Source of the DNA: an archaeon
Lineage (GTDB): Archaea; Nanobdellota; Nanobdellia; Pacearchaeales; GW2011-AR1
Length of the DNA stretch: 64,000 bases
Assembly (NCBI GenBank): GCA_043821585.1
Contig: JBDRCQ010000003.1
Span: forward strand, 9,861 to 73,860
Reading direction: 5' to 3'
Under the pieces are notes generated by a model that made no database searches, was not told the origin of the DNA, and saw only the letters and a list, made by a program, of their open reading frames with translations. Below, piece by piece: positions 17,744-26,069 of this stretch; the stretch's first letter is position 1; each line of letters begins with the position of its first letter. A program made the position numbers and the translations under genes.

Positions 17744-18761
17744 CCCAATTATCGCATGTCTTGCAAACAGGCATAGAAAAGATTCCTTTTTTGTGAAGTT
17801 CTCTGATCTTATTAAACTTCTCAGAGTTCATTATTTCCTTAATAGGTTCCTTAAGAACATTCCCAAACTTTACCTTCGATTCATAATCCTGGCAACACAT
17901 TATAACGTCTCCTTCAACATCAACTGTGATATTCTTCCACAAAGGTAGGCAAGGCCACCCAAACCTCTTATTGAAAGAATGGGATCGCGCAGAATCAACC
18001 TTCTTATCGCCTGCCCAATCAAGTGGAAGGTAAGTCATTACAGAGTCTCCATAAGAAGACCAAAATTTAATGAACTCATCGATATCTTTTTCATTCTCCT
18101 TTAGAACCATGAGCGAGCAATTAACTAATGGAAATTTTTTATTAAGCTCCTTTTTTCTTTTCATTAAATATAGGAAATTCCCTTTTACTTTTTTATAATC
18201 GAGCCCAGTAATTTTTTTGTAGTTGTTCTCCATTGCATTAATGCTAAAGTTTATTCTTCTAATGTTCCTCTTCAATAGGCCATCGCTTAACTCTTTGCTA
18301 AGAAGCCCTCCATTCGTAAAAATGTCTATTTTTACTTTAGGATATTCATCGTTGATATATTTTATTTTATCAACAAGAGTTTTATCCATCGTCGGCTCTC
18401 CAAAGCCAGTTATAGTGACAATTTTAATTTCCTTGTAGTTTGTAAGTACTTCATCCACTATTTTTTTGAAATTATCGAGGCTCATTATCCTCTTTCCCCT
18501 CTTCATAGTGCTATGGGGGCACATGATGCACCTCGCATTGCACAAGTTTGTGTTTTCAATCTGAAGGATTCTTGGGCTGTGGGTCCTCGTGAATTTTTCA
18601 ACCTTCCTCCTGTAGAAAAATTTGTAAAGCCTTCCATTAACAAGCTTAGAAAGAGGAGTCTTACTAAAAAGAAAATTATAGATCACTCGCTTAGGAGACC
18701 CCTCAAGTAGAGTGTAATATCTCAGCTCTTTTAGATAGTATCTCAACCCCATAAACTGCAC
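17712..18761 (-). CDS. Radical SAM / SPASM-domain protein
   Basis: 349 aa with CNARCIMC (C-x3-C-x2-C). The C-terminus has a Cys-rich SPASM/twitch-like region (MCCQDYESKVKFGNV ... PVCKTCDNW). It is a paralog of 33887-34888. Confidence 0.8.
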   Translation of the reverse strand: MQFMGLRYYLKELRYYTLLEGSPKRVIYNFLFSKTPLSKLVNGRLYKFFYRRKVEKFTRTHSPRILQIENTNLCNARCIMCPHSTMKRGKRIMSLDNFKKIVDEVLTNYKEIKIVTITGFGEPTMDKTLVDKIKYINDEYPKVKIDIFTNGGLLSKELSDGLLKRNIRRINFSINAMENNYKKITGLDYKKVKGNFLYLMKRKKELNKKFPLVNCSLMVLKENEKDIDEFIKFWSSYGDSVMTYLPLDWAGDKKVDSARSHSFNKRFGWPCLPLWKNITVDVEGDVIMCCQDYESKVKFGNVLKEPIKEIMNSEKFNKIRELHKKGIFSMPVCKTCDNWANSSLWWWTY

Positions 18762-18793
18762 GTATAAATAAAACTATTTAAAGATATTCCCCC

Positions 18794-19912
18794 ATGTGTG
18801 ACCTTATGGCTCGCAGAAAGGAAAAACTAAAGATCCTCGAGTTAACTAATTTCTCGGCAGGCGCATGCGGAGTTTGGCAAAGAGTCAAACAAGAATCGGA
18901 GATGCTAGCAAGGAAAGGTCACACCGTTCAAGTCTTTTCTTCAAATTTTGTTAAGGGTACCAGAGACGTCGCTTCAGCGGAAGAAAAAATTGGTCTAGTG
19001 GGAGTCAAAAGATTTCCAGCAAAAAGACTGGGCGGAGAAAGTTTTATGAAATGGGATTTTAAACCAGAGGCGATCAAATTATGCCCCGATGTAATCATAG
19101 CTCATTCATATCGCCACACCCACACCACCACTGCACTGGCGATAAAAAAAAGAATAGGGTGCAAGGTTTTCTTAGTCACTCACGCACCGTTTGGTAACGA
19201 ATCAAGAGGGTTTCTTGGCAAGTTGTCCACCCGACTCTATGACTTCTTCATTGGTCAAAAAAAATTAAAAGAGTTTGATAAAGTTGTAACAATAACAAAG
19301 TGGGAAGAACAAGTCTTACACAAACTCGGAGTAAAAAAAGAAAAGATCGAGTATATTCCTAATGGCATCCCAAGAGAATTCTTCACGCAAAAAAGATCAA
19401 AAGAAGAACACAAGGTTCTCTTCCTGGGGAGGATCGCGCCGATTAAAGATTTAGAAACACTCATTAGGGCCATCAATCTGTTGAAAGACGTAAAATTGGA
19501 AATTGTGGGGCCTGCAGAAAATGAATGCCTAAAAAAATTAAAAAAGATAGCAGGTCAAAGAATAGTCTTTTCTCGCCCGGTGTATAATCTTAAAGGAAAA
19601 ATAAGGAAAGTAGACTCCGCAAAAGTTTTCGTTCTACCCTCAATAAGGGAATCTATGCCCCAATCACTGATCGAGGCAATGGCTCGTGAAAAAGTGGTAA
19701 TCGCAAGCAAAAACTTAGGAACTCAAGAGTTGATCCAGAATGGAAAAAATGGTTTTCTTTTCAAGACTGGCGATGAAAAACAACTCGCAGAAAAGATTTC
19801 TTTTTCGTTGAAAGAGGATCTGAACAGTGTCAAGATACAAGCACGCAAAAGCGTAGAAAAATTTTCCTGGGAAAAGATTGTAACAAAACTAGAAAAATTA
19901 ATTAACAGTTAA
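18794..19912 (+). CDS. Glycosyltransferase family 4 (GT-B, group 1)
   Basis: 372 aa. The C-terminal E-x7-E region is ESMPQSLIEAMAREKVVIAS, and there is a GKNGFLF motif. The start may be the internal Met at 18806. Confidence 0.8.
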   Translation: MCDLMARRKEKLKILELTNFSAGACGVWQRVKQESEMLARKGHTVQVFSSNFVKGTRDVASAEEKIGLVGVKRFPAKRLGGESFMKWDFKPEAIKLCPDVIIAHSYRHTHTTTALAIKKRIGCKVFLVTHAPFGNESRGFLGKLSTRLYDFFIGQKKLKEFDKVVTITKWEEQVLHKLGVKKEKIEYIPNGIPREFFTQKRSKEEHKVLFLGRIAPIKDLETLIRAINLLKDVKLEIVGPAENECLKKLKKIAGQRIVFSRPVYNLKGKIRKVDSAKVFVLPSIRESMPQSLIEAMAREKVVIASKNLGTQELIQNGKNGFLFKTGDEKQLAEKISFSLKEDLNSVKIQARKSVEKFSWEKIVTKLEKLINS

Positions 19913-20590
19913 ATACTCAGTGGGATCTTCAATACCGGCCCAATAGAATCCCTGTTGTCTCAGCCTACAGGCAAGACACGTGCCACAATGTTTTTCCTTT
20001 CCAACGTAACAACTAAACGTCTTTTTAAAATCAACACCTAACTTTCTTGCTAGACCCACAATATCCTCTTTATCTTTCTCAATCAATGGCGCAATTATCT
20101 TAAACTTGCCCTTTGTCGAGTTTTCAGAGATTTTGTTCATTGCCTCCACAAAAATTGGAGTAGTGTCAGGGTAATGCTCGCCACCCTCATTCTTGAAGCC
20201 AACAAAGATATCGCTCGTTTCTCCCTCCTTGATTGTTAAGGACTCCGCAAAAGAGAGTGCATTTGAGAGAAATACCAAATTCCTAGAAGGCACATACCAT
20301 TTATTACTCTCTAAAACCGTGTCTTTCAAGTCTTCCTTTTTAACTTTTGTAGGTTCTTCATCAGAATTTAGAAGAGATGTGGAAATCTGCCCAAGATAGC
20401 TAAGATCCATCTCAAAAAATCGTGCCCCCAAGTCTTCTGCGCATTTCATTGCAAATTTTCTTTCAGGGCCCTGATTTCTCTGCCCGTAATTAAAAAACAA
20501 AATGATGAGTTTATTATACTTACTTCTAGCTAAAAATGCAGTCGTAACGCTGTCTAATCCACCAGAGCACAGAACAATCGCACATTTCAT
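19898..20590 (-). CDS. queC: 7-cyano-7-deazaguanine synthase (QueC)
   Basis: 230 aa with the PP-loop VLCSGGLDS, then YGQRN, VPSRN, and the C-terminal zinc motif SCY ... CGTCLACRLR. Confidence 0.8.
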   Translation of the reverse strand: MKCAIVLCSGGLDSVTTAFLARSKYNKLIILFFNYGQRNQGPERKFAMKCAEDLGARFFEMDLSYLGQISTSLLNSDEEPTKVKKEDLKDTVLESNKWYVPSRNLVFLSNALSFAESLTIKEGETSDIFVGFKNEGGEHYPDTTPIFVEAMNKISENSTKGKFKIIAPLIEKDKEDIVGLARKLGVDFKKTFSCYVGKEKHCGTCLACRLRQQGFYWAGIEDPTEYLTVN

Positions 20591-20611
20591 TTTCCCAGCA
20601 AACCAATAAAC

Positions 20612-20619
20612 TTTATAAG
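20612..20619 (+). promoter_or_regulatory. Candidate TATA box for the aIF5A-like ORF / GT2 pair
   Basis: TTTATAAG is centred about 25 nt upstream of the ATG at 20641. Confidence 0.3.
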
Positions 20620-20640
20620 TCTAATCCATCAAATTAACTT

Positions 20641-20835
20641 ATGAAAAAGAAAGCAAGGGAGATAAAAAAAGGAGACAAAATAAAAGTCGCAGGAAAGATA
20701 TTTTCAGTTGAAGAAATAGAAATTTCAGAAATAGGAAAACAAGGCTCTAAAAAATGCAGAATTGTCGCAAAATCAGAATCTGGGGAAAAAATTGTTCTTA
20801 TCCGACCAGAGGATTATCCTCTAGAGGTAATCTGA
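20641..20835 (+). CDS. aIF5A N-terminal (SH3/KOW-like) domain-only protein
   Basis: 64 aa. IKKGDKIKVAGKIFSVEEIEISEIGKQGSKKCRIVAK aligns by eye with the aIF5A pattern LKxGxYVxIDGxPCxIVxISxSKxGKHGxAKARIV. The GKHG hypusine loop reads GKQG here. The C-terminal OB domain is absent, and the stop abuts the next ATG. Confidence 0.55.
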   Translation: MKKKAREIKKGDKIKVAGKIFSVEEIEISEIGKQGSKKCRIVAKSESGEKIVLIRPEDYPLEVI

Positions 20836-21741
20836 ATGATCCATATAATCATAACCTCTTACAACGAGCCGAAGGCAACTCTCAGAGCAGTAAAATATTT
20901 TCTAAATCAAAAAATAAAAGACAAGTTCAAGATAATAGTGGTAGATCCATTTCCAGAAGTGGAAAGGTTCCTAAAAAAAGAAATAAAAAACAAGAATGTC
21001 GAATTTTTCCTTGATCCCGGAGAGGGAAAGGGCTACGCGTTAAATCTTCTCTTTCAGGAATACGGAACTGGTGATGAAAATCACTTTTACATCTTGACGG
21101 ACGGAGATGTATATGTCTCGGAAAATGCTGTAGAAGAAATCCTTAAACCCTTTAATGAAAAAAAGGTAGGTTGCGTAACCGGAAGGCCGGTCCAAATAGA
21201 TTCCACTAAATCCAAGTACGAGTACTGGGCAGAAGTCGCATTCAAACGGATTCACCAAGTAAGAAAAAGGATGTCCAAGAACAAGGAGTTTTTCGAATGC
21301 TCTGGTTACTTATTTGCAATTCGCGACGGAGTAATCTTCGACTTTTCAACAAACACTTCTGAAGACAGCATAATTCCATATCTCTTCTGGAAAAAGGGAT
21401 ACAGAATAGTCTACTCCGACAAGGCAGAGGTTTATGTAAAAAACCCAAACAACTGGACAGACTGGTTTAACCAAAAGGTCAGAAATATAAAGGCTCACGA
21501 GAACCTGAACAAAATAGCGCCAGATATGCCCAGAACAAAATCTCTCTTCAATGAAATAAAGGAAGGTGCATTCTTTGCGATACTCCAGCCAAGAAGCCTA
21601 AAAGAATTTTTCTGGATTATCCAATTTTATTTTGCTAGGCTTCATATTTATCTATCAGCGTTCAAGGAATTGAAGACAAAAAAGGCCTATAAAGACGGTT
21701 GGAGAGAGACAGAGATAGAATCAACTAAGCCTCTTGATTAA
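20836..21741 (+). CDS. Glycosyltransferase family 2
   Basis: 301 aa with IIITSYNEP, IIVVDP, and TDGDVY (DxD-like). Confidence 0.65.
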   Translation: MIHIIITSYNEPKATLRAVKYFLNQKIKDKFKIIVVDPFPEVERFLKKEIKNKNVEFFLDPGEGKGYALNLLFQEYGTGDENHFYILTDGDVYVSENAVEEILKPFNEKKVGCVTGRPVQIDSTKSKYEYWAEVAFKRIHQVRKRMSKNKEFFECSGYLFAIRDGVIFDFSTNTSEDSIIPYLFWKKGYRIVYSDKAEVYVKNPNNWTDWFNQKVRNIKAHENLNKIAPDMPRTKSLFNEIKEGAFFAILQPRSLKEFFWIIQFYFARLHIYLSAFKELKTKKAYKDGWRETEIESTKPLD

Positions 21742-22150
21742 ACTGTTTAGCAAATTCCACAAGCTTAGACCCCAATTCTTCTTTGGAATTAACAATTTCC
21801 ATACTTCCGATCAGAATAGCGCTGAGATATTCTAAAGCAGATTCTACTGGTTCATCAGTTTTTATCCCGATTGCAGGGATTCCTCTAGCGTAAGCATAAC
21901 CAAGTTCCCAGGCAGTTCCAGCTCCGACATGTAGCCCATCAAGAACAGCAACAACTAAGTTAACATCCCTAAATCCTTCTTTTATATCCCCTTCAAATAT
22001 CTTGTCCACTTCCTCAATGCTTCCAGCCAACCCAACATCTCTGTGCGGTAAAAACGTCTCGAACCCTGCTGACTTACAAACGGAATCAATCTCTTCTAGG
22101 AACTCCCTTTCGATTTCGTTTCTAATCTTTCCAGCTAGGTATATCTTCAT
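21725..22150 (-). CDS. Nucleoside 2-deoxyribosyltransferase-family protein
   Basis: 141 aa with MKIYLAGKI at the N-terminus and DGLHVGAGTAWELGYAYARGIPAIGI. This matches the family pattern D-x-G-T-x-x-E-x-G-x-A. Confidence 0.6.
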   Translation of the reverse strand: MKIYLAGKIRNEIEREFLEEIDSVCKSAGFETFLPHRDVGLAGSIEEVDKIFEGDIKEGFRDVNLVVAVLDGLHVGAGTAWELGYAYARGIPAIGIKTDEPVESALEYLSAILIGSMEIVNSKEELGSKLVEFAKQFNQEA

Positions 22151-22221
22151 TAAAAGTCCATAACAACCTAAATTAAAAATGTTTTGAAAAAGCTTTTAAA
22201 CCATCCTTCAGCCTTAATAAC

Positions 22222-23220
22222 ATGAAAATAGTGCTAATCAAACTAGGCGCATTGGGTGACGTAATACGGACTCTTCCTTTAGCTGTTGCCCTAAAAAAGA
22301 GGTTTCCAAAGTCTGAATTAACCTGGATCACAAAACCAAACGCCTTGGAGATAATAAAAACAGACAAAAACATTGACAAGGTTCTAATGTCAAAACCGCA
22401 AGAAGAATTCGATGTATTATATAACTTTGATATAGACAAGGTTGCAACAACAATGGCCTCAGAAATAAAGGCTAAAGAAAAATTCGGATTCTATTCGGAT
22501 AATGGTTACGCCTCTGCATTCAATCTTGGAGCAGAATATTATCTCAATACTTTGTTTGACGATGAGCTAAAAAAATCAAACAAAAAAACATACCAGGAAA
22601 TGATGTTTGAAGTTGCAGAGATCCCCTACGAGAAAAAAAGATATTACATAGATCTAACTCCCGAGGAAGCATCTCTCGGAGAAATTTTCTTAAAACAAAA
22701 TAATCTGGTTGGAAAAAAGATTATAGGGATTCACATAGGTTCTTCACCAAGATGGCCCTCAAAGGCCTGGCACGAAAGTAGGATAAATGAATTCATAAAA
22801 AAAATAAAAGAACAAGGCAATGAGGTAATTCTCTTCGCTGGACCAGACGAAATTGAAAAAAGAGACAAAATCTTAGCGGCCCTAAAATCAGAAGGAATCG
22901 AAGTTCCAACAAACAATCCCCACAATTCAACAAGGGAATTTGCAGCCCTAGTTAACATTTGCAAGGCGATTGTTTGTTCTGACAGTTTTGCTCTTCACCT
23001 CTCTATCGGATTAGAAAAACCAACAGTCGGCCTATTCTTTTGTACTTCTCCAGAGGAGGTAGAACCTTACGACATTCTGACAAAGTTGGTTTCTCCAAAG
23101 TTAAAAGAATTCTTCCCTGAAAAAATGGACCAATACGATGAGGGTCTGGTAAAGAGCATAGACGTTTCAGAGGTTTTAGAAAGAATCAATCAGATTATCC
23201 CACAACAAACACTGAAATGA
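22222..23220 (+). CDS. Glycosyltransferase family 9 (heptosyltransferase-like)
   Basis: 332 aa. MKIVLIKLGALGDVIRTLPLAVALKKRFP matches the GT9 N-terminal LGD motif. The C-terminal half has SDSFALHLSIGL. Confidence 0.7.
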   Translation: MKIVLIKLGALGDVIRTLPLAVALKKRFPKSELTWITKPNALEIIKTDKNIDKVLMSKPQEEFDVLYNFDIDKVATTMASEIKAKEKFGFYSDNGYASAFNLGAEYYLNTLFDDELKKSNKKTYQEMMFEVAEIPYEKKRYYIDLTPEEASLGEIFLKQNNLVGKKIIGIHIGSSPRWPSKAWHESRINEFIKKIKEQGNEVILFAGPDEIEKRDKILAALKSEGIEVPTNNPHNSTREFAALVNICKAIVCSDSFALHLSIGLEKPTVGLFFCTSPEEVEPYDILTKLVSPKLKEFFPEKMDQYDEGLVKSIDVSEVLERINQIIPQQTLK

Positions 23221-23255
23221 GAAAGACATAAAAAGCTCTTTTAACTCTATTCCCA

Positions 23256-24902
23256 ATGGATCCGGTTGAAGAAAGAAAACAAAAGATAATCCTCTGGTTA
23301 AAAGACCCTCTAAACCTAATACTCCTTCTTGTCATAATCTTCGGGATAGGTTTTAGGCTTTATTACTTCTCGATAACCACTAGTCAGCCGCTTTGGTGGG
23401 ATGAAGCAGACTACATGGCATATGCAAAAACCTTAGCAGGTTACCCAACCGATTGGAAGGTAACATCTCAACATAATTCGCTATTTCCATTTGCAGCAGG
23501 CGCACTTTTCAAAATTGGGCTATCCGACATAAGTATAAAATTCATCTTAGAGATCATACCCTCCATCGCTCTAATCTTTTTAACATACCATATAGTATTT
23601 CTGATGTACAAAAACAAAAGTCTTGCAATTATCTCAACCATTTTAATGTGTGTATTCTGGGAGAATATTTTTTACACGATGAGGTTCCACTTAGAAGCTC
23701 CAGCCTTACTGTTTGGTTTTCTTTCAATTTATGTTTTCTGGAAGGGTTACGAAAGAAAGGAAAAATTTTTCGGGTTAAATCCCAAATGGGCAATCCCGAT
23801 AACAGTAATTCTAGTTATAATAACTTACATGATCAGGAGAGGGTATTTTCTCTTTGGACTTTTCTTTTTAGTTTATATGCTACTGACAAAAGATTTTAGG
23901 AAATTAATCAAGGACAAATACAATTGGTTTGCCTTAATCATTGCATTCGCCTTGTTGTACATATCTGAAAAATATATCTTTGCTTCAGGTATAGATACTG
24001 TTGCAAGCACATATTATAACCCTGGTCCGATCACATTGCTTGCTTTTCGTGTCTTTTGGGCATTCTACGGGAGCGTTTCTACTCAATTTAGTCCACTATT
24101 GTATGTATTTTTCATCGGAGTTTTTGTCTTACTAGTAAACATTGTTTTAAGCTTTGGATATTGGAAGAAGGACACTTCCACAAAAGTAAGAAGCGACCTT
24201 TTCCTATTCTTGACAATAGCCGTAACCATGGCTTATTTTACATTCTATCAAAAGAGAATAACAGACTTTGGTGAACCAAGATGGTACTACCCTATGTTGC
24301 TTGGCACTTTTGTCGCAATCTCCAGAGCAACTGTCTCAATCGGTGACTACCTTAAAAAATATTACAAACCCTTGGGAATCATATTCATAGTGCTCTTATT
24401 AGGATATGGTTGTTACGATCAAGTAACTCACGCCGATTTTATAATAAAAAATAAAATCGGCTCCTATCAAAGCGTAAAAGACGCAGGGCTATTTTTGAAA
24501 GATATATCTCAAGAAGAAGATGTAATCTCAACAAGGGCCGAAACTCAGACTGCATATTACTCAGAAAGGAGAACCGTTCATCCGCTAGGCATTCTAGATG
24601 ATTACCCAATAGGCTCTGAGAATGCCACGAAGGTTCTGCAAAAAATAGCCGACAATCCAAATATAAACTATTTCTTAGTTCTATTTTCGGAACCAGGAAA
24701 TCCTGATTGGATGGGGAGAATCAGCTACAATGCCCAGGGCCAAGCAGTTTCTATAGAGGTTCCTTTCATGGACACAAGGATAGATGTCTCAACGGGAACT
24801 CAAGATATCAAACAAACTAAGACATTTGAAGATGTGGGCATTTCCCTGAACCTAGTAACAATCAAAGGAGATGTTTTTATTTACGAAGTGATAAGGCAAT
24901 AA
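23256..24902 (+). CDS. GT-C fold membrane glycosyltransferase (PMT_2 / ArnT-like, GT39/GT83)
   Basis: 548 aa with a multi-TM N-terminal block. An acidic first loop (LWWDEADYM) follows TM1. The C-terminal domain is soluble. Confidence 0.6.
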   Translation: MDPVEERKQKIILWLKDPLNLILLLVIIFGIGFRLYYFSITTSQPLWWDEADYMAYAKTLAGYPTDWKVTSQHNSLFPFAAGALFKIGLSDISIKFILEIIPSIALIFLTYHIVFLMYKNKSLAIISTILMCVFWENIFYTMRFHLEAPALLFGFLSIYVFWKGYERKEKFFGLNPKWAIPITVILVIITYMIRRGYFLFGLFFLVYMLLTKDFRKLIKDKYNWFALIIAFALLYISEKYIFASGIDTVASTYYNPGPITLLAFRVFWAFYGSVSTQFSPLLYVFFIGVFVLLVNIVLSFGYWKKDTSTKVRSDLFLFLTIAVTMAYFTFYQKRITDFGEPRWYYPMLLGTFVAISRATVSIGDYLKKYYKPLGIIFIVLLLGYGCYDQVTHADFIIKNKIGSYQSVKDAGLFLKDISQEEDVISTRAETQTAYYSERRTVHPLGILDDYPIGSENATKVLQKIADNPNINYFLVLFSEPGNPDWMGRISYNAQGQAVSIEVPFMDTRIDVSTGTQDIKQTKTFEDVGISLNLVTIKGDVFIYEVIRQ

Positions 24903-24941
24903 TTTTTAGTGATTAACACAATTTGATAGTCAAGACTCAAA

Positions 24942-26069
24942 TTAGTCCCTAAATCTCTCAGATTTCTTAGGCAAAAATACTGAGGGATCAAATCTCTGAG
25001 GGGCCCCCTTCACCAAATTAAGGTCATAATCCATCATTTCCTTAACAAGATCGCTAAACTTATAGTCCTGAGACCATCCTAACTCTTTCTTGGCTTTGTT
25101 AGCATCACCCACCAGTGCCTCAACCTCAGTGGGCCTAAAATAATACGGGTCTACTTCAACATAAACCTTGCCATTTTGGGGATCATAACCGACCTCGTTA
25201 ACCCCTTCGCCCCTCCAAGCAATGTCTATCCCAACATGCTTAAATGCAATCTCAACGAACTCCCTCACAGAATGATTTGCCCCTGAAGCAATAACGTAAT
25301 CGTCTGGTTTCTCCGCCTGCAGAATAAGCCACATTGCCTTAGCGGAGTCCTTCGCATGACTCCAATCCCTCTTTGCATTCAAATTTCCGAGATATATCTT
25401 CTCAGACAACCCTGCATTAATGTCCGCAACGCCTTTAGTTATTTTTCTCGTCACAAAATTCTCACCGCGCCTAGGCGATTCCGTATTGAAAACAATTCCA
25501 TTAGAACAAAACATATTGTAGGCTTCCCTGTAATGCTTAATGATCCAATAACCGTAAAGTTTAGCAACGCCATACGGGCTTCTTGGATGAAACGGAGTAT
25601 TTTCATTCAGCAAGGCATTTCCCAAAACCCCTCCATAAAGCTCAGAAGTCGAAGCCTGGTAAACCCTCACTGGCTTTTTCAGTCTTCTAGCAGCTTCCAA
25701 TATCCTCAAAACGCCCAAGGCATTTGTGTTTGAGGTATGTTCGGGTGTATGAAATGATATCCAAACATGGGACTGGGCAGCAAGATTATAAATTTCATCA
25801 GGTTGTATATCAGAAACTATCCTTTCAATAATCCCAGAATCCTGTAAGTCTCCATAAAACAAGTTCAAACCCTTTATATGGTCTATCCTCTGTCTAGCGC
25901 CCTCTATCCTTGAGGTTCTTCTTATTATCCCATACACTTCATATCCTTTATCGACTAAAAGCTCGGCGAGATAACTCCCAATCTGGCCGGTAATCCCAGT
26001 TATCAGAGCTCTTTTCTTCCATGAGCTCGAATTAGCTAAATGATCTGCTTGATTCACTTTCACCCCCAT
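24942..26069 (-). CDS. gmd: GDP-mannose 4,6-dehydratase
   Basis: 375 aa with ITGITGQIGSYLAELL, YQASTSELYG (catalytic T-x-E), SPYGVAKLY (YxxxK), NHESPRRG, and NLNAKRDWSHAKD. Collinear with E. coli Gmd. Confidence 0.9.
   Translation of the reverse strand: MGVKVNQADHLANSSSWKKRALITGITGQIGSYLAELLVDKGYEVYGIIRRTSRIEGARQRIDHIKGLNLFYGDLQDSGIIERIVSDIQPDEIYNLAAQSHVWISFHTPEHTSNTNALGVLRILEAARRLKKPVRVYQASTSELYGGVLGNALLNENTPFHPRSPYGVAKLYGYWIIKHYREAYNMFCSNGIVFNTESPRRGENFVTRKITKGVADINAGLSEKIYLGNLNAKRDWSHAKDSAKAMWLILQAEKPDDYVIASGANHSVREFVEIAFKHVGIDIAWRGEGVNEVGYDPQNGKVYVEVDPYYFRPTEVEALVGDANKAKKELGWSQDYKFSDLVKEMMDYDLNLVKGAPQRFDPSVFLPKKSERFRD

Noticed and set aside
19898-20590. QueC as part of a 7-deazaguanine DNA-modification (Dpd-like) or defence system.
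   Set aside because: No TGT/DpdA-like, QueD, QueE, FolE, helicase or nuclease genes lie nearby. All neighbours are sugar enzymes. A single queC is insufficient.
26032-26069. The 38-nt overlap between per and gmd, considered as a sign of a mis-called gmd start or a frameshift.
   Set aside because: gmd has no alternative in-frame Met between the annotated start and the GxxGxxG motif. Both ORFs are full length relative to their families. This is most simply a genuine overlap, or a non-ATG start that I cannot resolve by eye.
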